Assembly (NCBI RefSeq): GCF_016432865.1 | Contig: NC_067398.1 | Span: forward strand, 717,650,001-717,714,000 | Direction of reading: 5' to 3' | From: Antechinus flavipes | Lineage: Eukaryota | Length of the DNA: 64,000 bases | Shown: piece by piece, positions 49,401 through 61,050 of the stretch | How the letters are laid out: the number at the start of each line of letters is the position of its first letter | Numbering within the stretch: the stretch's first letter is position 1 | Position numbers and translations under genes: made by a program | The notes under the pieces: model-generated | Databases searched by the model: none | What the model saw: only the letters and a program-made list of their open reading frames with translations | Told to the model about the DNA's origin: nothing

Positions 49401-49438
49401 TGGAGATCGTCAAGCTGCGGCGGGAGCTGGGCACCTGA
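37478..49438 (+). CDS. Myb/SANT-like DNA-binding domain protein with C-terminal coiled coil (MSANTD/NAIF1-type, Harbinger-derived), 2 coding exons, 388 aa
   Basis: Acceptor tttttttcag at 37470, ATG 37478, exon to 38414 (AAC G|GTGAG, phase 1); 10.8-kb intron; acceptor ccttcag|49209, phase-compatible, TGA 49436-49438; 937+230=1167 nt. N-terminus KRIKFSEEEKIVILEEFSLRKDIL...RQQAWEEITMAVNSLNPLVQRTPEEVRKKWKNM matches the Myb_DNA-bind_5 pattern; C-terminus LQTEILELQKETLQLQKEKILLEKEKLVLEIVKLRRE is a heptad coiled coil. Extra internal exons are not excluded. Confidence 0.82.
39335..39930. repeat. 134-bp direct duplication (39335-39468 and 39797-39930) flanking a 328-bp LTR-like insert
   Basis: Both copies run ggctaaggattggaagggg...ggagggggtgag with about 6 mismatches; the insert ends in ...ttccaaCA. 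Confidence 0.85.
40826..41480 (-). mobile_element. LINE-2 fragment (3' part), interrupted by BovB
   Basis: gcatttattaagcacc is the reverse L2 3' terminus; L2-like purine-rich sequence resumes at about 43740-44400 after the BovB copy. Confidence 0.65.
41485..43720 (-). mobile_element. RTE-BovB LINE, decayed reverse-transcriptase/3' portion
   Basis: Minus-strand peptides AGLKLNIKKPKILATGPITSWQ...SRITGDSDCSQEIK (41960-42190) and RVPQTARRANRCVLKEIDSDCSLEGQKLK...GRQRMRW (41550-41879) match BovB ORF C-terminal motifs; many frameshifts. Confidence 0.88.
43740..44400 (-). mobile_element. LINE-2 fragment (continuation)
   Basis: gagagattgaggctcgaaaggcagatttg...gagaaaggaaatggacggagccctaaaggacccct, L2-like as recalled; decayed. 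Confidence 0.5.
46675..46966 (+). repeat. Minisatellite, 33 bp x about 9 (ttagaacaggggatgtcagggctgggagggggc)
   Basis: Visible tandem units (LEQGMSGLGGG periodicity); reverse complement of the array at 50798-51231. Confidence 0.95.
48856..49090. repeat. Minisatellite, 46 bp x about 5 (ggccagaatccaagcatcttccggtccagggtcccagcatcctcag)
   Basis: Visible tandem copies ending about 120 bp upstream of the 49208 acceptor. Confidence 0.95.
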
Positions 49439-50384
49439 GCTGCCCGCGGCCCACAGCCTGAACTGCTGGGGGGAGATCCCAGAGCTTCCCGGCTGCCCAC
49501 GCCCAGGGGTCTTTTCCTCCACGGCGCCTGGCTGGGCCCACCCCAGGCCAAGCCGCCTCCTCTTGCTCCTCTGATGTCACTCAGCAGTTGTGCCCTGACT
49601 CGGGGGGCGGGGGGCTGGGGGCTGGCTCCCTGTGGCCTGCCCCTGGAAAGGAGCCCTGAGGATCCCTTTTGAGTTGGGCCGGGAAGGGGGTAAGAGGCTC
49701 CCAGCCCAGACTTTGCCCCTTGGGGCTCTGCCTGGGCAGGGTGGGGTCAGGGACCTGAAGCGAGAGGTCCTGGGGGTGGGGAGGAGGGCGGAGACCCAGG
49801 CTTCCAGCCAGCACTCTGTCGTCCCCCCCCAATTTCGGGACAGGCCCCTCCACTGGTCAAAGGTCAAATCAACAAGGATCGATTTCTCAGGCCCCATCCA
49901 AGGGGACTGTCTGGGATCCCTGTGCCAGAAACCTTTGCCTGTGGGCTCTCTCTGTTCTCTGCCGTCAGAGGAGTAAAAGCACCCGGGTTTCCTTCTCGTT
50001 GCGCCCGCCTCCCCGTCTCTTCTTCCGATTCAGCCTCTGTTTTCATGGGAGGACCAGTGGGTGGGCAGCCTTGGCAGGCCCCCTGCGGGGCGCCTCATGT
50101 GCACACAGGAAAGGTAGCTTGGCCCGGAGGTTCGGAGAACACTGGGAGCCCAAGCCCCTGTGGGACGGAGAAAGGGAGCCAGGGAGGAGAAGGGGCCCGG
50201 CACGCTCAGCTTGTCTCCCATCCAGGAGATTGGTCTGTCCCATACAGAACTGCCCGGAAGAGCTGGGCCCCCCGGGGAGGAAGCCCGCCGGCAGCAGGGT
50301 TCCCAGGACCGGGCCGAGACTCCCAGCCCACTCCGCCTGTGACTTGCGCTCAACACTGGCTGAAGGCCCCAACTGGCCACTAGG

Positions 50385-50530
50385 AAAAAGGGCCCCATTT
50401 CACCCACGGCCAGGGTCCTGCCACAGACACCAGCACCTGTGAGACCTTCTGTCTGCCTCAGTTTCCTGTTTGTGATAGCATCTCCCTCCCAGGTGGTCAT
50501 CAGGATCAAATAATCATTGTAACGCTCTTT
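50385..50530 (+). mobile_element. MIR fragment
   Basis: gcctcagtttcctgtttgtg...ggtggtcatcaggatcaaat...ctttgcaaagcttaaagtgc. Confidence 0.6.
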
Positions 50531-50797
50531 GCAAAGCTTAAAGTGCATCAGCTGTTAAAATTAGCCAGCCCGGCTCAGCGCGCCCCCCCCCCCTTCCTCC
50601 CCCAACAAGTTCTTTAATAGCCCATGGGGGGCCCTTGATTAATGGCAGAGAATATTCAGCTTAAGTGCTAGGAGCTGATAACGGCTCCAGAAATACCTCC
50701 CAGAGGCCACTGCTGGGGACTGGCTCCTGGGGATCGCCTTCCCTTTGTTCCTGGGCACCTCCTATAGAAAACGGGGTGAAGGCCATGGGATCTGACT

Positions 50798-51231
50798 TGT
50801 TCTAGAACCCCTCCCAGCCCTGACACCCCCTGTTCTAAACCCCTCCCAGCCCTGACACCCCTTGTTCTAAACCCCTCCCAGCCCTGACACCCCCTGTTCT
50901 AAACCCCTCCCAGCCCTGACACCCCCTGTTCTAAACCCCTCCCAGCCCTGACACCCCCTGTTCTAAACCCCTCCCAGCCCTGACACCCCCTGTTCTAGGC
51001 CCCTCCCAGCCCTGACACCCCCTGTTCTAAGCCCCTCCCAGCCCTGACACCCCCTGTTCTAAACCCCTCCCAGCCCTGACACCCCCTGTTCTAGGCCCCT
51101 CCCAGCCCTGACACCCCCTGTTCTAAGCCCCTCCCAGCCCTGACACCCCCTGTTCTAAACCCCTCCCAGCCCTGATATCCCCTGTTCTAGGCCCCTCCCA
51201 GCCCTGACACCCCCTGTTCTAGGCCCCTCCC
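50798..51231 (-). repeat. Minisatellite, 32 bp x13 (cccctcccagccctgacaccccctgttctaaa), highly homogeneous
   Basis: 13 counted units; inverted homolog of the 46675-46966 array. Confidence 0.95.
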
Positions 51232-52873
51232 CAAGTCTGTTTTTAAAAAATTGGCTGTTTTCCCTCCCCTGCAAACCCTCCAGGATGGGGGGCTTTGGCC
51301 TCTGCCCCCTGCCTGCCCCCAGACTCTCCTACTTCTGCCGTAGGAGGCCCGCTCCCTGTCAGGAGGGAAGAAGGAAAATGGCTTGCGGGGGATGTTCCCC
51401 AGCCTCCCCCTCCCCGCCCAGGTCGGCCTCCTGCAGTAAATTGTTCCTCCAGTCATGCGGCCAGGAGTGCTTTCGCCTGGTGAACGAGAAAAGGGCCCTC
51501 AAACCAAGCCCAGGAGTCTCCTCTAAGAGATGAGCTGCAAATGTTTAATACGCACCTACTGTGTGCGGCCCTGGGGGGGAGGGGGCGCCCGCAGCCTGTG
51601 ATTGAGCTCCGGGTGGGGAAAGTCCCTCTATCCAAAGGAGCGTCTCCGAGCACAGCCTCGTGTCCACGTGTCCGTGGCCAGGTCATTCCCCTGTGGGAGG
51701 GGGAGGGGCTCGCACCCGGCAGCGGCTGTTAATGCCGTGGGGGCAGCAGGAGGCTACGGAGGCCAAGTGGAGGCAGCTGGGCAGGGGCGGCCCCTCTGTG
51801 TTCAGCGCAAACTCCGGGCTTCGGTCCCGGGACGTGGAGCTCGAGTGTGGCCTCCGTGGAGCCAGCGAGAAGCGCCCCTGGTCCCCATGCCGCCCCCGGA
51901 AGCTCTGTCCGCAATCCCCCTTGGCTTGGAGCCCCGGGCTCTCATGGGCCTCTGTGGAGGCCCTGACTCAGCAGGAGGCTCCCAGTCCTTCCGTCTCCTC
52001 TAGGGAGGCTTGGGCTCATTTCTCCTCCTGAGCTTCAGACTAAGTGCAGTCACGTGCACACAGTAGGTGTGTGAGACTTGGGACACCCTCATGCCCCCTG
52101 AGGCCGTTAAGGAGGATGCTCCGGGGCATGGAGCACTCCCTGTGGTGCTCAGTCTCTCCAGCGCTGCTGCTTCCCAAAGCTCCCCCCCCAGGCTCCCTCC
52201 CATGCTTGCTCTCTGCTGCTTCTGGAGCCAAAACCAGCCACTGAGGCAGAGCTTTCTCAGGTCCCTCTTCCCGAGTCGGCCTCCCCCGGGGTGTGACATT
52301 CAAGGCCCCATTTACTGCCCAATTTCTAAAGCGCTTCGATCCTAAGCCACGGCTCCTCAGAAAAACCATCAAATCAATGACCAACGAGCATTTATTATGC
52401 ACCCACTGTATGCCAGACACCCGGCTAAGTGCTGGGCACACCCCCCCCCCCAAGGTGTCCCTGCTCCCAGGGAGCTTACACTCTACGGGGCGGAGGGCGC
52501 CCCCTCCGCTGCGGCCGAGGAACCGCATTCTCCTGCACATATACCAGAGGCGGCAGAGCCGGCTCCCCGGGCTCCCCTCGGCCTCCCGGCCCCCACAGTC
52601 AGGGAGCTGCTGGGAAGCTTCCGGGCCCACCCGGCTCTAGGCCCCGGTTTCTTGCTCTGTGAAGCCGGCCCGGCCTAACAGCCTCCGGGTCCAAGTCCTG
52701 TGGCCCCGCGCTGCCTGAAGCCTCCTGGGCCCATCTGGGCCCTGCCCCCCCTTTCCTGAGGGATTCTGGGGGGGGGGTCACTGTCCACCAACGGTCACCC
52801 CGGCAGTGACCCCGGCCTGCCCGGCCCCTCCACATCTCACACAGACAAAACGGCCGTTGATACCAGCTTGTGG

Positions 52874-52879
52874 TTTATT
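52874..52879 (-). terminator. Polyadenylation signal AATAAA of SLC25A1
   Basis: TTTATT on plus, about 750 nt past the SLC25A1 stop codon. Confidence 0.75.
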
Positions 52880-53628
52880 GTCATCGGGGGTGAGGCAGGA
52901 AGAGATCTGGGGTGAAGGCCCAGGCCCGGGGAGGGAGGCCAGCCCAGGCAGGAGGCGGAGGCCCGTCCGGCCCAGGCCGGGCCCGACCCACTTCCCCTCC
53001 GCCCCCACCACCACACAGACGTTGGTCCCATGACTTGTGGTTCGCCCCAGCCCCCACCAGCCCAGAGTGCCGGGAGCCCCCCAGGCCCGGGCTAAGGGCA
53101 CCGATGGCTTTGGGGGCCGAGGCCGGCCCCCCCGAGGCAGCTTTGGTGTGTGGCGGGGCGGGGGCCGGGCTCTCTCCTGGAAAAGAGGATTTGGTCCTGG
53201 GGAGCGTCCCCGCCCCCCGCCAGGCGCAGGAGTCTGGGGGGCCCTGCCCCCCCAGGGAGGCCTGTGGCTTAGAAGGCACGGGGGCGGAGCCGGCAGTGAC
53301 AGACACGTACGACAGACACGAGGATACACACAGACCGTGGAACGCAGCAGACACGACACAGAAAACACAGGACAAGATCTGTTTGGCACAAGTCACACTG
53401 GAATGGGGGCTCCGGGGGCCGGGGCGGGGGCCGGGCCCCCCTCCCCCCACATCTCGGAGAAGGACGGGAAGGAGGCGGGGCAGAGGCCAAAGGTCACACC
53501 CAGAGGCCGCCACTGCCATCTGCCCGCTCACAGTGGGGGGGGACACGGCCCCCTCGCGGCCGGGGCCCCAAGGAGCGGGGGCCGAAGCGGGGCCCCGGGC
53601 CCCGGGCTGTCCAGCAGCGGCGCCCCCT

Positions 53629-56600
53629 TCAGTCCGTCTTCCACACCTTGTTGAGCAGCTTCACGACTTCGTCATAGATGATGAAGACGATGGCCACGTC
53701 CAAGCAGACTCGGCCCAGGCGGGGCACGGTGCCCTTGTAGAAGCTGGGGGGGGAGGAGCGCGGGTGAGGGGGGCCGCTCTCCCGGGCTGGGGCCGCCCCC
53801 TCCCCCCAGAACGACCCCCAACTCACGCCTTGAGGCCCTCGTGCTTCATGATCTGGTAGCCGCAGTCCCACGTGCTCTTGTACTTGTGAGCCTCCAAGCC
53901 CTGGGGGGGAAGGAGGAGCTGGAGGCCTCGGGGACCCCGTGCCTTTGGGCGCATCCCCTCCCCCCAGGCGCTGGGCTCATGGGCATCTGGGGTCCTCCAG
54001 TGCTGGGCTCTGCCCGCTGCGCCCCCCCCCCCCAGCCCAGCGTGCAGGAGGGGCTTAGGCTCATTGTGAGGAGGCTTTCCCGATGGCAGCAGGGTCTGTG
54101 ACGCCCCCCGGAGGCCGGGGCCCACCCCGAGCCATCACTGCTCCTGGCTGCAAACAAGAGGAGCCAGGCCGGCTGGGGAACCTGCCGCTTCTCCCGGGGC
54201 CTCGGTTTCCTCCGCTGCCCTCTCTCCTCCATTACTTCTTACCTCTCCCGGCCTCCGGAGCCTCCACTCTACTGGACTTCCCCCCTTCCCCTCCCCCATG
54301 GCCTCCCTGCCCCTCCCTGGCTGCTGGCGCCCTTTCCTGATCTCGGAGGCAGCCGCTCCCGGCCCCAGGGGAGTCTCAGTGCTCCGGAAGAAGCGACAGG
54401 AGTCGGGGGCATTCAAGGCCACACAACAAACCTGGCGGCCTCGGTGCCCCCGGGACCCACCCCTACCCCAGGCAGGGCACGCAACAGGTGTTTAATGTGT
54501 GGAGGAAGAAGTGGCGGGAGATGGGTTTGGAGGGGGGGGGGGGGGGCCGGGGTTTGGGCCCATTGTACAGGTCACAGAGGGAAGAGAGAGGGAAGGCTCC
54601 CGGCGCTCACCTGCATGCGGGTCTTAATCACGTCCAGCGGCGTGTTCCCGAAGACGCTGGCGGCCCCCGCGATGGCTCCGAACGCCCCCGTCACCACCGG
54701 GTTCATGGGCTTGTTGGGGTCGTCCCCTGCGGAGGGCAAGCCCGGCGTGAGCCCGCGAGGGGGCAGGGGCGGCGGCGGGGCCGCGGCGACGGGCGCGGGC
54801 GCTTACCTCGGTACCAGTTGCGCAGGGAGGTCATGACGAAGAAGCGGATGGCCTGGTTGGAGCCTTGTTTCAGCACGGTGGCGGTGAGACCCTGGTAGGT
54901 GCCCTTCAGACCTGGCGGCCCCAAGCAGAGGTCACGGCGGGAAGGCTCCCCCCTCACCGGGTCCCCCCGCCTCCAGGAAGCCGGCCCCGATTCCCTCTGC
55001 TAACGGCCGCCCCAGCCTCCGGGCGGGCTTCTGAACCCCCCTCCCCCAAGGAGTCCCCTTAACCGTGGAGGGCCGAGCGCCCCGTTCCCGGCACTGACCT
55101 TGCTCCCGGACGATCTCCCTCACCCCGTGGAAGAAGCCGCGGTACTTGGGGTTGGGGGAGCACTGGTCGTGGATGAACTTCACCTGCAGGTGGAGAACGG
55201 GGTGGCGGGGAGGGGTCAACCCAAGCGGGGGCCCCGAGACCCGCCCCCTCCCCCCTGCCCAGCAGCACCATGGGAGAGAGGGGAAAGGTCAGCTGGGGGC
55301 AGATAAGGTGAACCCGGGCTGTGAAGGAACAGGAGAGGGGAAAAGGGGTGTGTGTGTGTGAGTACGTGTACATGCGTGTGTCAGACACCGGCCTGAGAAG
55401 CTGCAGAAGGGGCCTCAGGTGAGACCGCCGCCTGGAGTCTCCCGGAGGGGGGGAAGCTGCCTGGGCCCCTTGGGCCCCGGGGGTGGGGAGAAGGCGGGAG
55501 GGGGGACGGCGGGGGCAGGGAGGCCGCAGGGCCCGGGCCCCACCTTGATGGTCTCCATGGGGCACACGACCACCACGGCCTCGGCCACGCCGGCCCCCAG
55601 CCCGCAGAGCAGCCCTCGAGTGCTGTCCAGCCGGCCCTGGGCGTCCCGCATCTGGTTACTGAGAAACTCGAACATCCCGAACCTGGGGGCAGGGGTTAGG
55701 GGTGAGCGTGACGCGGCCAGAACCGACTCCCACGGCCCCACTGCCACCCTCCCCCACTGAGGCTAGAAGACGGATTATTTCCAAAGACTTATTTTGGGCT
55801 AATTTGGAAAAGATAATAGCGCCCAAAGCAATCCCATTTAACAGATAGAGAAACTGAGGCTGAGAAAATGAGAAAATGAGCCTCATGAGAGGCTGAGTGT
55901 TTGAGGAACAAGTAGAAAGAAGCCCCGGCTCTAGCACACTCTAGCTGGATGATTGCTCGGCGCATCACTTCCCCTCGGAGCCTCAGCTCCCACATCTGTA
56001 AAATGGGCTCATAAGCTTGTGTGCTACAGCGCCTGAGGGCTGCGGTGAGGAACCCAGGGCAGACTCAAAGCTCCTGGCAGCCAGGTAGAGCCCCTCCCCC
56101 CCCTCAGCCAGAGGCTCACCTGACGGCCGCTTTGGGGATGGAGCCGTAGAGCAGAGAGCTGAGGCCGCGGTAGAGGCCCAGGACGCCATGGCTGCGCACA
56201 GTCTGCTTCACGCAGTCCCCTGGGGAGGAGGCCCCGAGCCGCTCAGCCGGGCAAAGGGGCCCCCACCCACTGGCGCCCCCCGCCCGGCTGCATGAAGGGG
56301 AGAACCGTATTCCCCCTCCCTGGGGGGGGCAGAGCCCCAATCTCCCAGAGTTCAGCTCCTCAGGAGGCAAGCCGTCCTCAGTCCTGCCCTCCACCCCTCA
56401 GGGCCGGGTCTCCGTGACCCAGGCTGCCTCCGGGTCCACAGAATCCTGGAGCCAGAGACCACGCAGCCCCATCCCCGACCCTACAGCCGGGGAAACTGAG
56501 GCCAGGGCCGTGCCCACGGTTCTGTCCTCAGCTTTGGGTCCCCACCCTCTCGCTTCTGCCACGGGGCTGGGGGTGTCCTGCTGCTGCTCAGGAGCATCGG

Positions 56601-59055
56601 GGGCTCCCCATCACCCCACAATCAAAGGCTCCTCTGCTGATGGGCTGGTCTCTCCACCCCCTTCAGCCTGGGGGCGCCGCAGGACAAGGGCTGCCATCCC
56701 AGAAGCCTCCACTCTGGCCTCTGCTCCCACTGCTGCCCTGGGCCCTTGCCCCTCCCTCCCCGGCTCCTGGCTCCTAATCTGGCTCCCTTCCATCCCATCT
56801 CAAAGGTCTTTCCCCTCCCCAGGATCCCGGTTCCCTCCTGCCCCCTCCCCCACTGTCCCCCTCCAGCACCTTGCCCCCCCTTGTCCCCCTCCCGCGCCCT
56901 GCCCCCCCTCACCGATGCCCCGGTAGCGAGGGGGGTTGGCTTTCTCGTCCAGCTGCAGCTGCGTCTTCACGTACTCGGTGGGGAAGGTGATGCAGATCTC
57001 GATGCCCCCGGCCAGGCCGCCTGGGATGGGGGACAGCGGGGTTTGGGGGGGCTGGCTCCTGGGGGGAGGGGCGGCCCCCCCACGGGCTCCCGCACCCCTC
57101 CCCCGGCCGCCACTAGGGGGCGGGGTAGAGGCCGGTCTCGGGGCTGGGATGCGGACTGTCGATCCCCACTAGGTGACCCTACAACAGCCCCCCTCCCCCA
57201 GGCTCCCCCTCCACCAGGGGCGGGGCTGGGGCGCCAGAGCCCCCCTCTACCTGCCCTTCCCCCTTCCCCAAAGGGGCATCCCGTCCAGGCAGGTCTCGAG
57301 GTATTGAACCCAAAGTCCCTTCTTCTTCCCCTCCCCCCATTGGACAGCGCCAGGAGCCCCAGATGCCCGGGACACGCCCCCTCTACTGGGGATATTCCAA
57401 GACCCTCCCCCACCCCAGCCTGGGGAAACATGACTCAGCAAGGTGGAGGGGGGGGAGAGAGAGAGCTGGTCCGGAGCCATTTGAGGGATTTCAAAGACCC
57501 AACTCGCCCATTCTGCAGAGTGGGAAACTGAGGCCCATGGAGGGCAAGGGGCTGGTCTAAGGCCTCCCAGGAAGAAAGAAGCAGAGCGATTAAAGCCCAC
57601 ACCTCTTTAATTCCTCCACAGTTGCCCAGTGTGTGCCCCTCAAGGAGAGTCCCTCCCCTCCCTGAATCCGTGGACACCCCTCCCCGGAGGCTGCCTAGCC
57701 CGGGGATTGACACATTGGGAAGGAGGGGGCGCTCCCTGGAACTCGGGCTCCGCTGCTGGGCTGGACTGCCTCAGTTTCCCCTTTACCCAAGTCCTGGCCC
57801 AGACCCGTTCTCTGGGAGGGAGGGGAGAGAAGAGGCCTGTTGGCCAGGACTCCGCCCCCGTGAGTGTCTGCTCTCGGTCCGAGTGGGGACCCAGCCCAAG
57901 CCCCCCTCACCGGAGGCCCCCTTCCCCCTCCCCCCCCCCCACGAGCCCAGGGGCCTGGTTCCAAGCCAGCCCCTCCCCCAGGCCCGGAGCTCCGTAGGGA
58001 TGAATAAAAGGCGCCTAATCCGGGCACAAGCTCCGGCCCCCGGCACCAGCCACTCTTCCTTTTGCAGACAAGGAAACTGAGGCTCGGGGAGAAGAAAGCG
58101 GACCACGGCTTAGGAGCACCGCTCCAAGATCCTCGCGAGGGGGGTCCGGCAGGCTCTCCCTGCGGCCAAAACTCTTGCCCCAGGACCTGGCGGCCCCCTC
58201 ACCGACAGGGAAAGAAACTGAGGCCGCAAGAGGGCCCGGCTCCGGCTCTGGGACGAGGGGGCGGCTTCGGAGCCGCAGAGGGCCGGGGCGCCCGGGACCG
58301 AGGCAGACAAAGCCGCGGCCCCCGCAGTCTCGTGGGCCCGCCCCCACCCGGGGGAGGCCGGGGTCCCCCAAGACCACGGAAGGCGGGACAAGGGTCGGTG
58401 GGAATCCAGGGGAAAGGGTGCGTGGGGGAGGCGTCTGGCCCCGCCCCCACCCCGGGAGGGGGGTCCCCCAGAACGAGAGTTGGTGGGAGTTCGGGGGTGC
58501 ACGGAGGAGGCATCCGGCCCCGCCCCCACCCCGGGAGGGAGGTCCCCCAGAAAGGGTCGGTGGGAGTCCGGGGGTGCCCGGAGGAGGCATCCGGCCCCGC
58601 CCCCAGGCGATCCTGCGGACCCTCCCCCACCCCGGGGAGGCAGGCCCCCCCAACAAGGTACAACTGGCCGAGGGTCAATGGGAGTCCGAGAAGAGGGGGG
58701 AGCGCAGGGTGCGTGCGGGAGCCCCCAGCCTCTTCCCCAAACAATCCCGTCGGCCCCACCCCCATCCCGGGGAGGCCGGGGTCCCTCGGGTCCAGAGCAG
58801 GAGCCGTGGGGAGCCCGAAGGAGGGAGGCCCCCCGATCTCCCGGGGAACTTCCGGGGGGCGCCCCTTCCTCTGGGCCCCCGCTCCGCCCCCGGGTAGCGG
58901 GGCCCGGAAGCGGCCGGCGGCAGGGGGCTGGCGGGGATGGCGGCGGCGTGCTCACCTGCCAGGATGGCCTTCCCGGGGTGCGTGAGCTTGGCTTTGCCGG
59001 CCGGGGCGGCGGCGGCCAGCGAGCGGCCGGGGAGCGGGGCGGGGGCCAGAGCCAT
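53629..59055 (-). CDS. SLC25A1: Mitochondrial tricarboxylate (citrate) carrier, 9 exons, 313 aa
   Basis: Exons 59055-58956, 57020-56913, 56219-56120, 55682-55544, 55183-55099, 54911-54807, 54726-54611, 53900-53827, 53743-53629; total 942 nt, all GT-AG and in phase. Peptides [101 protein letters not shown]. Confidence 0.99.
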
Positions 59056-59500
59056 GATCGCGGGGGGCTCCGGGCTGACTCTCGCCTCGGCGTTCTGTGC
59101 TCCCGGGGCCAGCGGCTGGCGGACTGGCCGACTGAACCGACCAGGGGCGGCGGCGGCGGCGGGTTCTGGGGGGTAGGGGGCGGGGTCTCGGCGTCAGGGC
59201 CTCGCTCCGCCCCCTCCCGCCCCCCGCCTGAGGTCGGACGGCTCCGGCTCCGCCCCGCCGCCTGACCCAGGCTCCTCCCCGGCCTTCCCTCGGGGGCCCG
59301 GGTCCGAGGCCCGCCCCGCGCCCGGGCCCTGGGCCCGGCGGCCTCTGGGCGGGCTGCTGGCGGGGGCGGGGCTGGCCGGCGCCGCTCTGCTTCTCCCTTT
59401 CTGCTGGTAGCTGAGCCCCCATTTCTCCTCATTCCCCGCCCCCCTCCCCCCCGGCTGAGGGCGGTCCCCGGGGCCCCCACGCCTGTTTATGTCCCTTCCC
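58100..59500 (-). promoter_or_regulatory. CpG island and GC-box promoter of SLC25A1
   Basis: Very high GC/CpG spanning exon 1; multiple GGGGCGGGG/CCGCCC boxes at 59170-59320. Confidence 0.75.
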
Positions 59501-61050
59501 AGGCCTTCACGTCCCCAGGAAGAGACAAAAGATCCGGGTTTCGGGGCTGAGGCTGCCGCGTCCTGGAATCTGTAACCTCCAATTGCTCCGCCTCCGCGGG
59601 CCTCAGTTTCCCCGCCCGTCCAATCTGGCCTGACCCCCGTAAGACCGCTTCCAGGTTCTGCCGGGGTCTGCTCTGAGGCCCCCAGCCCCGCATTCCTTGC
59701 TCCTCGGGCTCAGTCTCGTCCTGTTCTAAGGCCCTGGGGCCGCCCTGCCCGGCTCCGAGCTCTCCCCTCCAGCCCTCAGGGATCTTTCCTTTGGGCCGGG
59801 GTCCTGAGGGGGGAGGGGATGCTGCTGGGGAGCAGGGCCTCAGTGGGCCTTGGAGGACCCGGGGACCAGTAGGCAGGTGGGCCACCGCGGAGTGTGCCGG
59901 GATCTAGGCACCGAGGGGGGACCCCTTTCCTGCAGGCCCTCAGCCGGGCTTTTTCCATCCTCAGCTCAGCCTGTGACCCCCGGCCCCAGCCTGTGACTCA
60001 TCCAGCCCAGCCTTGGCTAGGAGCCATTGCCAGACTTTACCTCTTCTGCTCGGGCTGCCGGAGCCCTCCCTCCTCCCGGGCTCCTCCTTTCTGCCCGGCC
60101 CCTCCTCTCACTTATTTATCTTCCTGACTCCGAGCTCTGCTGTGCTCTCCCCAAGGCCTCCCTTCTGTGTCCCAATCCCAGAGGTCCCCGAGACGTGGGC
60201 GGAATAGCCTACGGCCCTCAGCATTTCCTCCATCCCTGCCAGAGGGGGCGCTGGTCCCCTCCCCATTCCCCTTGGGGACAGCGCGTCCCTCCGGGCCCCC
60301 TGGGAAGACCCCACCCTCCAGGGCCAAGCTGTCCTCCGGGTCACCGGCCTGAATTGCTGGAAGACCCTAATGTTCCCCCCTTTCCCCCTCCTTTGTGGAA
60401 GCCTGGGTCTCCCCATCTTGCCCAGGCTGCCGTGCAGGGTTCCTTGCAGCCAGCATGAGAGATGCATCCTGGGAATTTTCCCCCAGGGGTTCACCATGTG
60501 ACATCTGCTCCCCGGAGCTCACCCTGTGCCCGAGCCAGCCCTCATCTCCCACAGAGCTGGGGTCACACGTGTCCAACCACTGCACCTTCCGGCTACACTC
60601 TGTTCCCTCACTGGGCCTCCTGCTCTCCAGCCTGGTTATCTTCCCTTGGCCTCCTACATCTCCCATCATCCCCGGCCTCCCTCTTCTCCCTCCCACTGCT
60701 CACACAGCTGCCAAAGGGGTCTCTCCAAAGTCCAGCTCTTGCTTGTTGCCATCAGGAAGCTCTCGGGCTTCCCATTATCCCGAGCAGCAGATCCACACTC
60801 TCGTGTTTAGCATTGCAAATGCTTCCCAGCAGCACCTGCGAGCCTGCCTGCGGACCCCTCCTTTCTAGCCGTGCAGGCCTAATAGTGGCTGTTCGTACAC
60901 CTCCCCCCTGCTCCCTGCACAGGCTGCCCCTCTGCTTGCGGCGACCCCTGCCTCGTCTCTGAGGCCCCTCGGTCTGTTGAAATTCAGCCCGATGCCAGCT
61001 CCTGCAGGAAGCTCCCTTGTGGGGCCGGAGCCTCTGGGCCCTCTCTGGCA

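Noticed and set aside
37471-51231. Intact autonomous Harbinger transposon with the inverted arrays as termini
   Set aside because: No DDE transposase, terminal inverted repeats or 3-bp TSD; the arrays enclose only the last exon.
51615-51626. Canonical NF-kB site (GGGACTTTCCCC on minus)
   Set aside because: A single 10-12 bp match in 64 kb of GC-rich DNA with no supporting context.
58110-59480. 456-aa and other long G/P/R/A-rich ORFs over CpG islands
   Set aside because: Stop-codon depletion in very high GC; they overlap real SLC25A1 exon 1 in other frames. The same applies to shadow ORFs across 13-37 kb.
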